DNA from: an uncultured Gammaproteobacteria bacterium
GTDB lineage: Bacteria > Pseudomonadota > Gammaproteobacteria > DRLM01
NCBI GenBank assembly: GCA_963810615.1
Contig: CAWEOA010000001.1
Location: forward strand, 119,297-183,296
Direction: 5' to 3'
DNA: 64,000 bases
Position numbers and translations under genes: made by a program. Position 1 is the stretch's first letter. Each line of letters starts with the position of its first letter. Shown one piece after another: positions 53,870-63,416 of the stretch. Below the pieces are notes generated by a model. That model was not told the origin of the DNA and did no database searches. It worked only from the letters and a program-made list of their open reading frames with translations.

Positions 53870-54757
53870 TCACCAGATGCATCTATGGACTACGTGCTGT
53901 TCCTTTAGGAAATCTTCGGCTTGGGCGCCGTGCAACATTGCGAAGGTCGCCAGCATTCCGGCCTCGATACAGGTCTGAGCCGCGACGGTGACCGCACGGG
54001 GGCCGTCGGGCACCGGCCAGCCGCTTTGAGGGTCGAGAATATGGCTATAGCGGACCCCGTCCTTGAAGAGAAAACGGCGGGCGTCGCCGCTGGTGGCGAC
54101 ACCGCCGTGGTGCAAACGCAGAATGCCGGCCTGCTTATTTTCACCGCCATAGGGGTCGTTGATCCCGACAATCCACTCGCCATCGCCGCGGCGTGGACCG
54201 CTGATGTACATATCGCCGCCGAAGTTGATCAGGGTGCTGACGGAAGTGGCCTGGCGGCATAGCAGGGCACAGCGATCCACGGCGTATTCTTTGCCGACGC
54301 CGCCGAAGTCCAGTTCCATGCCCGGGGGCAGGGTGAGGAAGGGGTTCTGCCAGGAGATCTTGGACCAGCCGATATGTTCCAGCAGGGTGGCGACGGCGGA
54401 TGGGGACGGGATGCGATCCGAGCCGTCGAAGCGCCATGCCTTGCGGAGTATGCCGGATGTGATATCGAATTTCCCCCCGCTCAATCGATAACACTGATCG
54501 GCGTAGTCCAGCAGTCGCGCCGTCTCGGTGTCGACGCGGACGGTTTGGCCGGTGCTGCGATTGATTCTGGAGGTTTCGCTGTCTTCGCGGTAGCGGCTGT
54601 ATTTTTGCTCGATGCGCAGCGCCTCCGCGCTGACCAAGCCAGCTAGCGATTGGGCGAGATCGGGGTCATCGCTGTCGATGAGAATCTCACATGGGCTGGC
54701 CATACAGGAAAAGGAGCCGCGCCAATGGCCGGCGGATTCCACCCAATCACACTCCAT
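53870..54757 (-). CDS. apbE: FAD:protein FMN transferase
   Basis: SRYREDS, GKFDIT, LDFGGVGKEYAVD, NFGGD, ATSGD, YSHILDP. Confidence 0.94.
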   Translation of the reverse strand: MECDWVESAGHWRGSFSCMASPCEILIDSDDPDLAQSLAGLVSAEALRIEQKYSRYREDSETSRINRSTGQTVRVDTETARLLDYADQCYRLSGGKFDITSGILRKAWRFDGSDRIPSPSAVATLLEHIGWSKISWQNPFLTLPPGMELDFGGVGKEYAVDRCALLCRQATSVSTLINFGGDMYISGPRRGDGEWIVGINDPYGGENKQAGILRLHHGGVATSGDARRFLFKDGVRYSHILDPQSGWPVPDGPRAVTVAAQTCIEAGMLATFAMLHGAQAEDFLKEQHVVHRCIW

Positions 54758-54794
54758 GGATGATTCCTCCCTGAGCTGAGTCTGTTAATAGACC

Positions 54795-56237
54795 CTAGAA
54801 GGTAAAGATATATCCCAATTGCGCGATGACCGCGTCCAGGCCGGGATAAAGGTCCAGGGTGCGTTGCACGCCTATAGCATCGGCAGGATGGCTATTGCCG
54901 GTCTGCTTCATGTAAGTGACGCGCGCGCTCACCTCGCTATCTTTGCCGATCGCCATGGCCAATTTCAAGCCATAGCTGGTGGACCGCATCTCCGCCAGGC
55001 GGTAGTCCGCGCTGGCGTAACGGGGCAGGGTTGTGCCGTCCACGAGGCTGTGGTGATAGAAGTCAGCGGCACTCTGGGTATAGTAGCGGAACTGCGGCTC
55101 TACATAAAAATCGTCGCCCAGGACAAAATGATAATGCAGGTCCACGGTATTGGAGCGAATACCCCAGTCATCCCAAAAATAGCGATAGGAAAAGTGGATG
55201 ACGTCTTCATTTAGATGATAGACCGCTTTCCAATATACGGATTGGCGCAAGCGTGAATTGGGTCGCAGCTCGGTGCGGTAATCCATAGTTTCGCCGCTGG
55301 TGCCGTTTATCATACTGATGATCTTGTAGGGATCGGTCAGATAGCCGCTGCTCACGCCCAGACTGTAATTGAGCTGCATCAGGGTGCGGCGGTTGACCAC
55401 CTGGGTTACACCGATCATCCCGTCGACACTATCTTTTTTCTTGGTCTGGCGGGCAATGCTGCCGTTGACGATTGAAGTGCTGGTTCCGCCGCTGCCGGTA
55501 CTGATTACCGCGCCGGATGCTGTGGTAATGGCATGCACCAGGGCCGTGGAGGCTGCGGCGGGTGTGGTGAGCGCGTCTTCGATATGCGGCCGGGATGAAG
55601 TCTCGAATTCGTAGTCGGATGACCCGGCCGGAGCGGCGCTTGCCACGGCATAGGCGCTGGACAAAGGCGTCAAGCCCTGCGGAACGATCCCTCCGGCCGG
55701 TTCGACGCTGTCTAGGCTACCGGAAATGCCGGCGCTGAGGGTGGTGAGCTTATTGTTGAAATCCCGCATCAGCGTAGCGCTGGCACCCAGGGAGTTGTAA
55801 TCCTTTTCCGTGGAGGCGCTGGCCCCCAGCACCGATCGGGTGAGGCGGTCGAGGGGTTGTTCCCACTCCACCGTGATGGCGTAACGGCGGTCGGAGAAGC
55901 TCTTGAGAGGCAGGGTGTTGGCGGGTGTGGTGTCCGTGGTGGTGAAGGTCTGCGGTTTGTCGCTCATGGTCGCCCCGGTGGGAGAGGCCCCGGTGATAAC
56001 GTCCACAGTGGGGGTGACGGTAACGGTCTCGCCGTCTCCCAGCGGCTGTTCCAGGCGGGCCGTTGCCTCGTTGACTTTGACTCGCCCGTCATGTTCGGCG
56101 TAATAGAGCAGCGCGGTATCCACCTGCGTGGCGTCACCGGCGGTGCCCGCTATAGCCGTCGGCGAAGCTAATCCCAGCAATCCGCAACTTGCCGCCGCCA
56201 AGGCCGCGCGTACGCACGATGGCCCTTCTAATTGCAT
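54795..56237 (-). CDS. DUF3570 family outer-membrane beta-barrel-like protein
   Basis: DVITGASPTGA, GYLTDPYK, YRYFWDDWGI, RYYTQSAADFY, SADYRL; C-terminal Phe. Confidence 0.85.
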   Translation of the reverse strand: MQLEGPSCVRAALAAASCGLLGLASPTAIAGTAGDATQVDTALLYYAEHDGRVKVNEATARLEQPLGDGETVTVTPTVDVITGASPTGATMSDKPQTFTTTDTTPANTLPLKSFSDRRYAITVEWEQPLDRLTRSVLGASASTEKDYNSLGASATLMRDFNNKLTTLSAGISGSLDSVEPAGGIVPQGLTPLSSAYAVASAAPAGSSDYEFETSSRPHIEDALTTPAAASTALVHAITTASGAVISTGSGGTSTSIVNGSIARQTKKKDSVDGMIGVTQVVNRRTLMQLNYSLGVSSGYLTDPYKIISMINGTSGETMDYRTELRPNSRLRQSVYWKAVYHLNEDVIHFSYRYFWDDWGIRSNTVDLHYHFVLGDDFYVEPQFRYYTQSAADFYHHSLVDGTTLPRYASADYRLAEMRSTSYGLKLAMAIGKDSEVSARVTYMKQTGNSHPADAIGVQRTLDLYPGLDAVIAQLGYIFTF

Positions 56238-56440
56238 CCGCAACCTCCGCCGCCGACGCCTTGGCCGCCGCTGGCCGCCTCCTTGCTAAAATACACGTGT
56301 TCGTCGAGGGCGTTATCCACGGGTGCGGGTACCAGCTGCATTTTCTTTTGCGCCAGCAGATCCCGGTCCCAGGGTTTGACGTCGGCGCAGCCGCTGATGA
56401 ACAGCGTCGAGCAGGTGATGACTATGGCTAGGACGCGCAT
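56228..56440 (-). CDS. DUF4266 family lipoprotein
   Basis: ISGC lipobox, VKPWDR, SKEAASGGQGVGGGGCGCN. Confidence 0.92.
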   Translation of the reverse strand: MRVLAIVITCSTLFISGCADVKPWDRDLLAQKKMQLVPAPVDNALDEHVYFSKEAASGGQGVGGGGCGCN

Positions 56441-56444
56441 GGGC

Positions 56445-56939
56445 TTAGTGACTCAAGGCGCTGCGCAGGGAGGCTTCCAGGTCCGCGGAATCTTCTTCGC
56501 GGAAACCGATATGTATCGCCTGGATTTTGCCGTTGCGATCGATGATAAAAGAAGACGGCATGCCCGGCACATGATAGTTTTCCGCCACCGTTCCCTGCGG
56601 GTCGAAGGCCACGGTGAATTCGGCCGGGACTTCGTTCAAAAACTTGGCGGCGAGTTCATGATCCTTGTCCAAATTCACCGCGATCACGGCGAAACCCTGA
56701 CGACTGTAGCGCCGTTCCATTTCGTTCATCCAGGGAAAGGACTTGCGGCATGGCGGGCACCACGATGCCCAGAAATCCAGGTACACCACCTTGCCCTTGA
56801 GGTCGGCAAGGGCAAGGGTGCCGGCCTGGGTGGGTAACGAAAAGTTAGGGGCCGTTTCCGCCGCCATGGCGGTATGGCTGAGAGACCAGCCCAACAACAG
56901 CAGCGATACAAACTGTGTAAATATTCGCGAGTTCATCAT
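56445..56939 (-). CDS. TlpA family disulfide reductase
   Basis: VYLDFWASWCPPC, GMPSSF; signal peptide. Confidence 0.93.
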   Translation of the reverse strand: MMNSRIFTQFVSLLLLGWSLSHTAMAAETAPNFSLPTQAGTLALADLKGKVVYLDFWASWCPPCRKSFPWMNEMERRYSRQGFAVIAVNLDKDHELAAKFLNEVPAEFTVAFDPQGTVAENYHVPGMPSSFIIDRNGKIQAIHIGFREEDSADLEASLRSALSH

Positions 56940-57080
56940 TCGTTCCAATTATTGCGAGAGGGGTAGGTGAAAGATGTCGGAGATGCCGTCCCGCTATCGG
57001 TCGATCGAATGCGGTCGCTGTTCAGGCAATATGCATGTGACAGGGATCCACCGTGCAACCTAGAGCTTATTCGCGTCGCC

Positions 57081-57114
57081 ATTTTATGCAGAACATCCTT
57101 AATTAACGCTTAAT
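57081..57114 (-). promoter_or_regulatory. OmpR-family (PmrA/QseB-like) direct-repeat box plus -10
   Basis: Minus strand ATTAAG-cgtta-ATTAAG-N11-TAAAAT upstream of tlpA. Confidence 0.6.
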
Positions 57115-57446
57115 TCCATCATCGTCACTGTCGCGCTGTGCTTGGGCTTTCTGCATTGCCATGCGCCCATTCGACTGCAGGGTGAGAATCTATCCCGGGC
57201 TACATTGGCAAATTACGCGCCAATTACTTAATGGCTTGAATTCATTAACCTCAAATGGAGCGAGCGATAAAAAACAGGTACGCAACTGTTTGCAGTCTGC
57301 AATTATTGTCAACAAGTTTTGCAGGGGACGCCGTGTGTCGTCGTGGATCGCATGAAGGTGTCGACACAAAAGGCTTGATGCTAGCCGGGTGCGCGTGCGC
57401 TTGTAAAGAATTGTTAAGTGGATGCGCGTGGCTTAGTTGCGATGGA

Positions 57447-57992
57447 TCATGATCCGTACTGCTGCTGCAATGTCTTGATGTCGGCGATGACCTCTGCGCT
57501 ATGGGTGTCGGGATCGACCTTGCGGTAGATCTTGGCGATGCGGCCCGCCGGATCGATGATGAAGGTGTGGCGGCGCGCCACGTGGATGAAGAACAAGGAC
57601 CAATAAGCGTCATAACGCTTAGCGATGGTGCCGCCGTCATCCGCCAGCAGGGGAAACGGCAGGCTGAATTTTTTCGAGAAGTGCTCGTGGCTCTCGGTGC
57701 TGTCCAGGCTGATGCCCACTACCTGCACGCCCAGGGCATGGAGTTGGGTGATGTCGTCACGGAAGTGGCAGGCCTCTTTGGTGCATCCCGGTGTATCGTC
57801 TTTCGGATAGAAATACACGACTAGCCATTTGCCGGCGTAATCGGCGAGTCGATGAAGTGTGCCGCTTTGGTCCTTCAAGGCAAACGGCGGCGCGGGCTGG
57901 CCCACCTGCGGCGCATCCGCATGGCTGCTCGCGCAGCCCATCAGGGTCAATAAGGCGATTAGACAGCTGGGTAAGGTGCGATGGGATGTCAT
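57447..57992 (-). CDS. bcp: BCP/PrxQ peroxiredoxin with lipoprotein-like signal
   Basis: YFYPKDDTPGCTKEACHFRD; N-terminal LLTLMGC. Confidence 0.9.
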   Translation of the reverse strand: MTSHRTLPSCLIALLTLMGCASSHADAPQVGQPAPPFALKDQSGTLHRLADYAGKWLVVYFYPKDDTPGCTKEACHFRDDITQLHALGVQVVGISLDSTESHEHFSKKFSLPFPLLADDGGTIAKRYDAYWSLFFIHVARRHTFIIDPAGRIAKIYRKVDPDTHSAEVIADIKTLQQQYGS

Positions 57993-58131
57993 GGCGCTTA
58001 CCTGGGTTGGGGGGGGCAACGGATAGCGGTGGTTGGACTCATTCAGCGTATCTTATGTCGAATCGTCGTGCAATAACGGCGGCGGCTATCAGGGTTTTAT
58101 GTTCCCAGGCGGAACTTTATAGGATACGGCT

Positions 58132-59061
58132 ATGACACTCACCGAACTTCGCTATATCGTTGCGCTAGCCCGGGAACGGCATTTCGGACGGGCCGCCGCG
58201 GCATGCTTCGTCAGTCAGCCGACCCTGAGCGTGGCGGTAAAAAAACTCGAAGATGAACTGGGCACGGCCTTGTTCGAGCGCGGCAAAACCGACGTGCGCA
58301 TCACGCCTCTGGGTGAGCGTATCGTTGCCCAGGCGAAACGGGTCATGGAAGAAGTGGAGGGCGTAAAGCGCATCGCCCGGCATGATCAGGACCCGCTTGA
58401 CGGGCCATTACGCCTCGGGGCGATCTATACGGTGGCGCCCTATCTGTTGCCGCAGCTGATTCCGTCCCTGCACAAACAGGCGCCCAAGATGCCGCTGGTG
58501 ATCGAGGAAAACTATACGGCGCGCCTGCAGGAACGGCTGCTGCAGGGAGAGCTGGATGTAATCATCATCTCCCTGCCCTTTGCCGAACCGGGTCTCGAGG
58601 TGCGTGCGCTCTATGACGAGCCGTTTATGGTGGTCTTGCCGGCCGGGCATTCGTGGCGGGAGCGTAGCGCCATCGCCGTCAAGGAGCTTGCCGAAGAACC
58701 GGTGCTGATGCTGGGTGCCGGGCATTGCTTTCGCGAACAGGTATTGAGCGTCTGCCCTGACTGCCAACGCTACGTGGCCAGCGATGATCCGCTGGCTAGG
58801 GCCATGGAAGGCGGGTCCCTGGAGACGATTCGGCATATGGTGGCCTCTGGCCTGGGTGTGACGGTGTTGCCGTGTACCGCCGCCGGCGCCGATAGATACG
58901 CCCAGCGCTTGTTGGTGCTGAAACGCTTCAAGCCACCGGTTCCCAAGCGGCGCGTGGCCTTGGTCTGGCGCAAGGGTTTTTACCGACCGCGGGCCGTTGC
59001 CGCGCTGGCCAAGGCGATACGCGCCTGCAAGCTGAGCTGCGTGGAGTTCGTCGGGAGATGA
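58132..59061 (+). CDS. oxyR: hydrogen peroxide sensor OxyR (LysR family)
   Basis: HFGRAA..CFVSQPTLS, GHCFREQVLSVC two-Cys motif, SLETIRHMV. Confidence 0.93.
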   Translation: MTLTELRYIVALARERHFGRAAAACFVSQPTLSVAVKKLEDELGTALFERGKTDVRITPLGERIVAQAKRVMEEVEGVKRIARHDQDPLDGPLRLGAIYTVAPYLLPQLIPSLHKQAPKMPLVIEENYTARLQERLLQGELDVIIISLPFAEPGLEVRALYDEPFMVVLPAGHSWRERSAIAVKELAEEPVLMLGAGHCFREQVLSVCPDCQRYVASDDPLARAMEGGSLETIRHMVASGLGVTVLPCTAAGADRYAQRLLVLKRFKPPVPKRRVALVWRKGFYRPRAVAALAKAIRACKLSCVEFVGR

Positions 59062-59073
59062 CCCAACCTTATT

Positions 59074-59110
59074 ATAGGTTTAGACTATTAAGTACTATTA
59101 AATAATCAAT
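59074..59110. promoter_or_regulatory. OxyR-like binding site upstream of rubrerythrin
   Basis: ATAG-gtttaga-CTAT followed by a degenerate second half ending CAAT. Confidence 0.6.
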
Positions 59111-59191
59111 TAGCTACATCGACAACCCGCCCCTATGATGTCTCCATGCCCGCCAGACGCGGCTCATTAATTTCACCAATGAGGAGACAAC

Positions 59192-59674
59192 ATGATGAGT
59201 AAGACAGCAGACAGCTCGGTTACCGTCAAGAATATCGAGGCCGCCTTCGCTGGCGAGTCCATGGCCCATATCAAATATCTGTATTTCGCCAGGGTGTGCC
59301 GTAGCCAAGGTGACGAGGACAGCGCCCGAATCTTCGAGGACACCGCCGCCCAGGAAGTGCAGCATGCCTTCGGTCACATGGATCTGCTTTATCCCCGAGA
59401 AGCGCTCGATCCGGTGAAGTGCCTGGACTTGGCGATTGCCGGTGAAACCTACGAGTATACGGAGATGTATCCTCAGTTCCGCCATCTCGCCGAGCAGGAA
59501 GGAAATCAGACGGCGGCGCGCGAGTTCGACGAACAGATCGCCGAGTCGCGTGAGCATGCCGACAGCTTCCAGGCAATGTTGAGCAAGGCCGCCAAGCGTT
59601 TCGCCGCCTTGACCAAGGTGGAGGAGCGTCACACGCAGCGCTATCAGGAGGCCTTGCAGCTAGCCCGGTCGTGA
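59192..59674 (+). CDS. rubrerythrin family protein without rubredoxin domain
   Basis: AAFAGESMA, EVQHA, GETYEYTEMYP, ESREHA, EERH. Confidence 0.92.
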   Translation: MMSKTADSSVTVKNIEAAFAGESMAHIKYLYFARVCRSQGDEDSARIFEDTAAQEVQHAFGHMDLLYPREALDPVKCLDLAIAGETYEYTEMYPQFRHLAEQEGNQTAAREFDEQIAESREHADSFQAMLSKAAKRFAALTKVEERHTQRYQEALQLARS

Positions 59675-59716
59675 GCGGGCGATATTTATCATGTTAATCG
59701 GATTAGGAGTGTCGAA

Positions 59717-59884
59717 ATGAAAAAATGGCAATGTGTGGTGTGTGGATTCATTTATGATGAGAGTAGTGGGCTCCCGGAGGACGGCATTGCGCCGGGGACG
59801 CGCTGGGAGGACATTCCCGTCGATTGGGAATGTCCGGATTGCGGCGTTGCCAAGGCGGATTTTGAAATGATAATGATGGCGTAA
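59717..59884 (+). CDS. rubredoxin (55 aa; absent from ORF track)
   Basis: [15 protein letters not shown]...[13 protein letters not shown]; AGGAG RBS. Confidence 0.97.
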   Translation: MKKWQCVVCGFIYDESSGLPEDGIAPGTRWEDIPVDWECPDCGVAKADFEMIMMA

Positions 59885-59932
59885 CGGCTGTCAACGCTGT
59901 TGCGGGCGCACTGTCAAAAATGAGGAGAAGAG

Positions 59933-61078
59933 ATGCCGCCTATCGTGATTGTGGGTAGCGGCCTGGGCGGATATACCCTGGCCAAGGAATTGCGCAAACT
60001 CGCACCTGATGTGTCTTTACACATTATTACCCGCGACGACGGTGCCTTTTATTCCAAGCCGATGCTGTCTAATGCACTGGCCAAAGGTAAGACGCCGCAG
60101 ACCCTGGCGACCGCCAGTGCCGAACAGATGGCGGTCCAGTTGCATGCCACTGTTTGGCCGCACACGGAGGTGACGGCCATCGGTGTTGCGGCGCGCACCG
60201 TGACCGCCCGCGGCGAGACCGTGCACTACGATAAGCTGGTATTGGCAGTGGGCGCGCAGCCGATTGATCCACCGCTGACAGGTGATGCCGCGGCGGCGAT
60301 ATGTTCGGTAAATAATCTGGCGGATTATGCCCGTTTTCGCGAGTGCATCGAGTTTGCGCGGCATGTCGCGATCATCGGCCCCGGCTTGATCGGTTGCGAG
60401 TTCGCCAACGATCTGCTACTGGCCGGCAAGGCAGTGACGGTCATCGGGCCGGCCGCCGAGCCGCTGGATCGCCTGCTGCCTCCGGAAGCGGGGCGGGTCC
60501 TGCGGGAGGCCCTGGCCGCGGCCGGAGTGAACTGGCGGCTGGGGGTCAGTGTGCAAGGCGTGGATCGTCACGATGATGACTTGCTCTTAGAGCTGTCCGA
60601 TGGTTCAACGATGGTGGCGGATGCAGTGCTCTCGGCCGTGGGTTTGCGCCCCAATCTGGATTTGGCGCACAAGGCGGGCATCGCGACCCGGCGCGGTATC
60701 GTCGTGGACCGCTATCTCGAAGCCAGTGCGCCGAGTGTGTTTGCCCTGGGCGATTGCGCCGAAGTGGAGGGTCTGGTGTTGCCGTTTGTCATGCCCATCA
60801 TGCAGGCGGCGCGCGCACTGGCCAAAACCTTATCGGGCACGCGCACCGCGGTGAACTATCCCGCCATGCCAGTGGTGGTGAAGACGCCCGCCCATGCGGT
60901 GGTGGTAGCGCCGCCGCCGCCCGAAAGCGAGGGGCGATGGGAAATAAGGGTTACGGAGCAGGGCGCGCGCGCCGTCCATCGCGATGCGCAGGGAAGACTG
61001 CTGGGGTTTGCGCTGACCGGAGGGACCGTTGCCGAGAAGCAGTCCCTGACCAAGGAGATGCCGCCGTGGCTTGAATGA
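59933..61078 (+). CDS. rubredoxin-NAD(P)H reductase
   Basis: GSGLGG, YSKPMLS, GLIGCEFANDL, LGDCAE, PVVVKTP. Confidence 0.92.
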   Translation: MPPIVIVGSGLGGYTLAKELRKLAPDVSLHIITRDDGAFYSKPMLSNALAKGKTPQTLATASAEQMAVQLHATVWPHTEVTAIGVAARTVTARGETVHYDKLVLAVGAQPIDPPLTGDAAAAICSVNNLADYARFRECIEFARHVAIIGPGLIGCEFANDLLLAGKAVTVIGPAAEPLDRLLPPEAGRVLREALAAAGVNWRLGVSVQGVDRHDDDLLLELSDGSTMVADAVLSAVGLRPNLDLAHKAGIATRRGIVVDRYLEASAPSVFALGDCAEVEGLVLPFVMPIMQAARALAKTLSGTRTAVNYPAMPVVVKTPAHAVVVAPPPPESEGRWEIRVTEQGARAVHRDAQGRLLGFALTGGTVAEKQSLTKEMPPWLE

Positions 61079-61139
61079 ATGCGTTATTATCCGGCGGCAT
61101 GCCGTGCCCCGATATGATATGCAGATAACAATAAGAGAT

Positions 61140-61200
61140 TCACTGCAAAGACGCAGAGAAAAGGAAATTAATCATAAAGCCCTTTGCGCCTTCGCGGTGA
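61140..61200. repeat. short imperfect inverted repeat (REP-like)
   Basis: TCACTGCAAAGACGCAGAG...CTTTGCGCCTTCGCGGTGA, 15/19 complementary plus 2 G-U pairs, AT-rich loop. Confidence 0.65.
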
Positions 61201-61250
61201 TAAATAATACTATGGGACTACGGTCACGATCTCCCTGAAGGATCTACGGG

Positions 61251-62711
61251 ATGGAACAAATCAAGTTGCTGAGTTACGCCGTTCGTTTGCCGGTGCTTGC
61301 CAAGTACCTGGGACAGCTGGTGGTGGTAATGAGCGCCTTGGTCGCAGTGCAGTTGCTGGTCTCGCTGTATTTCGCCGACTATTTCCTGAGTGTTCGCTAT
61401 GCGGTGATCATCGCAGGATTACTTGCCGTAGGCGTGCCGGCGTCGCGTTTGCGCGCTCCCGATAAGATTCAAAGTAACGAAGCGCTTGTTATTACCGGTC
61501 TAGCCTTCATCATTTCTCCTTTTATTTTGGCCTATCCCTTCACCGCGTTGGGTATTCCCTACATGGATGCTTTATTCGAGGCGGTGTCGGGTGTGACCAC
61601 CACTGGCTTGTCCACCCTGCCTACGGTGACGGATATGCCTCACACCTTCTTGTTCAGCCGCGCCTGGATGCAGTGGTATGGCGGTCTGGGCATCGTCGTC
61701 CTGTCGGTGGCGCTATTGACGGGCCATGAGGCGGCGACCCGCCGTTTGCTCGACCCGGAATTGAGCGGTGAATCCCTGGCGGTCGCCACTCCCATCCATG
61801 CGCGGCGAGTGTTGGTGGTTTATACGCTGCTGACAGTGGTCGGCATACTATCGCTGTGGTGGTTGTCGGGGGACGGATTTGCTGCTGTCACCCATGTGTT
61901 GGCGGCGGTATCCACCGGCGGCTTTTCTTCTTTCGATAATAGCGTGGCGGGTTTTGCACAATGGCCGGCGCGCTTTTTGGTGATGGTCTTGGGACTGTTT
62001 GGCGCCGTGTCTCTACCCATATATTATCGCGCCTACCACCAGGGGTGGCGACAGGGCCTGAGCGATGTGGAGTTGCGCGCTTTGCTGGCGGTGGTGGTGG
62101 TGATCGGCGTTGCCCTAGCCTGGTCCATGATGCAATCTCGGGGCGCAAGTTGGGAAACCCTGAGGCATGCAGTATTCCTTACCTTATCCGCCCAGACCAC
62201 GACCGGGTTCGCCAGTTTATCCGTCGCCAGCCTGGATGCCGCTTCCAAGGTGGTAATGATCATCTCCATGGCCATCGGCGGCTGCCTGGGATCGACGGCC
62301 GGGGGGATCAAGATCTTGCGCCTGTTGCTCTTGCTCAGATTGTTCCAATTGACGATTCAGCGCATCGCGGTGCCCAGCCATGCCGTAGTGCAGGTGCAAT
62401 TGGGCGGACGGACTTTGGAGGACGATGATCTATTGCGGGCCTTGGTGTTGATCGCCTTGTTCGGCGTAGTAATACTCCTGTCGTGGCTGCCGTTCGTCGT
62501 GGCCGGATACGATCCCCTGAACGCCTTGTTCGAAGTGGTCTCCGCCACCGCCACGGTGGGTTTATCTACTGGAATCACCAATATGGAGTTGCCGTCCGCG
62601 CTTAAAGCCGTATTATGCGTCGACATGCTCGCCGGGCGCTTGGAGATCGTGGCCTTGTTGATTGTGTTGTATCCTGGTACTTGGTTCGGCAAACGGGCGG
62701 GATCGACATGA
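61251..62711 (+). CDS. trkH: TrkH family potassium uptake protein
   Basis: FEAVSGVTTTG, QWYGGLG, STGGF, STAGGIK, TVGLS, GRLEI. Confidence 0.93.
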   Translation: MEQIKLLSYAVRLPVLAKYLGQLVVVMSALVAVQLLVSLYFADYFLSVRYAVIIAGLLAVGVPASRLRAPDKIQSNEALVITGLAFIISPFILAYPFTALGIPYMDALFEAVSGVTTTGLSTLPTVTDMPHTFLFSRAWMQWYGGLGIVVLSVALLTGHEAATRRLLDPELSGESLAVATPIHARRVLVVYTLLTVVGILSLWWLSGDGFAAVTHVLAAVSTGGFSSFDNSVAGFAQWPARFLVMVLGLFGAVSLPIYYRAYHQGWRQGLSDVELRALLAVVVVIGVALAWSMMQSRGASWETLRHAVFLTLSAQTTTGFASLSVASLDAASKVVMIISMAIGGCLGSTAGGIKILRLLLLLRLFQLTIQRIAVPSHAVVQVQLGGRTLEDDDLLRALVLIALFGVVILLSWLPFVVAGYDPLNALFEVVSATATVGLSTGITNMELPSALKAVLCVDMLAGRLEIVALLIVLYPGTWFGKRAGST

Positions 62712-63358
62712 GAATTGTATTCGTCGGCGCAGGATCTTTGGCGGTCATGACCGCCTCCATGCTGGTCAAACAGGGGCACGAGGTGATCATCGTCGAGCGC
62801 GACAAGCAGCGTATCGAAGAATTGACCACTCAACTGGATTGCGGCTTTGTCCATGGCGACGGCAGTACGCCGGCCATTTTGGAGGAAACAAATCCAAAGC
62901 AGACAGATTTTCTATTTTGCCTCACCGGTAACGATCAGGCCAATATCATTACCAGCCTGGTGGGGCGTTCACTGGGTTTTGCGCGTGTCGTCACCAAGAT
63001 CGAAAGCGCCGATTTTGAACATATTTGTATCGAACTGGGCTTGAAGGACACCATCATTCCGGCACGCACCATTGGTCGCTATCTCTCCGATATGGTGAAG
63101 GGGCAGGACCCGTTGGAGTTGTCTGCCATGATCAAGGAGGAGGCGCGGGTATTTTCCTTTGTAGTGCATGCGGAGGAAGAAGGTCCGGTACAGGATTTAA
63201 AGCTTCCCGAGCAAAGCCGGGTCATATGCTTATATCGTGACGGTCATTTCCTGTTGGTCGATGAAAACACCACCCTTAAGATCGACGATGAAGTGGTGAT
63301 CCTGCTGAACAGCAAACACTTGCCTGAGCTTACCGAGCGCTGGAGCGTTCACGCGTAG
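62708..63358 (+). CDS. trkA: TrkA family RCK regulatory subunit (single RCK)
   Basis: FVGAGSL, HGDGS, TGNDQAN; C-terminal TrkA-C. Confidence 0.9.
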   Translation: MRIVFVGAGSLAVMTASMLVKQGHEVIIVERDKQRIEELTTQLDCGFVHGDGSTPAILEETNPKQTDFLFCLTGNDQANIITSLVGRSLGFARVVTKIESADFEHICIELGLKDTIIPARTIGRYLSDMVKGQDPLELSAMIKEEARVFSFVVHAEEEGPVQDLKLPEQSRVICLYRDGHFLLVDENTTLKIDDEVVILLNSKHLPELTERWSVHA

Positions 63359-63416
63359 CGCAGTAAGCCGTGATTGATCGCGGCTTACCCTGTTGACGGA
63401 TGGATTAGGAGCGCTC

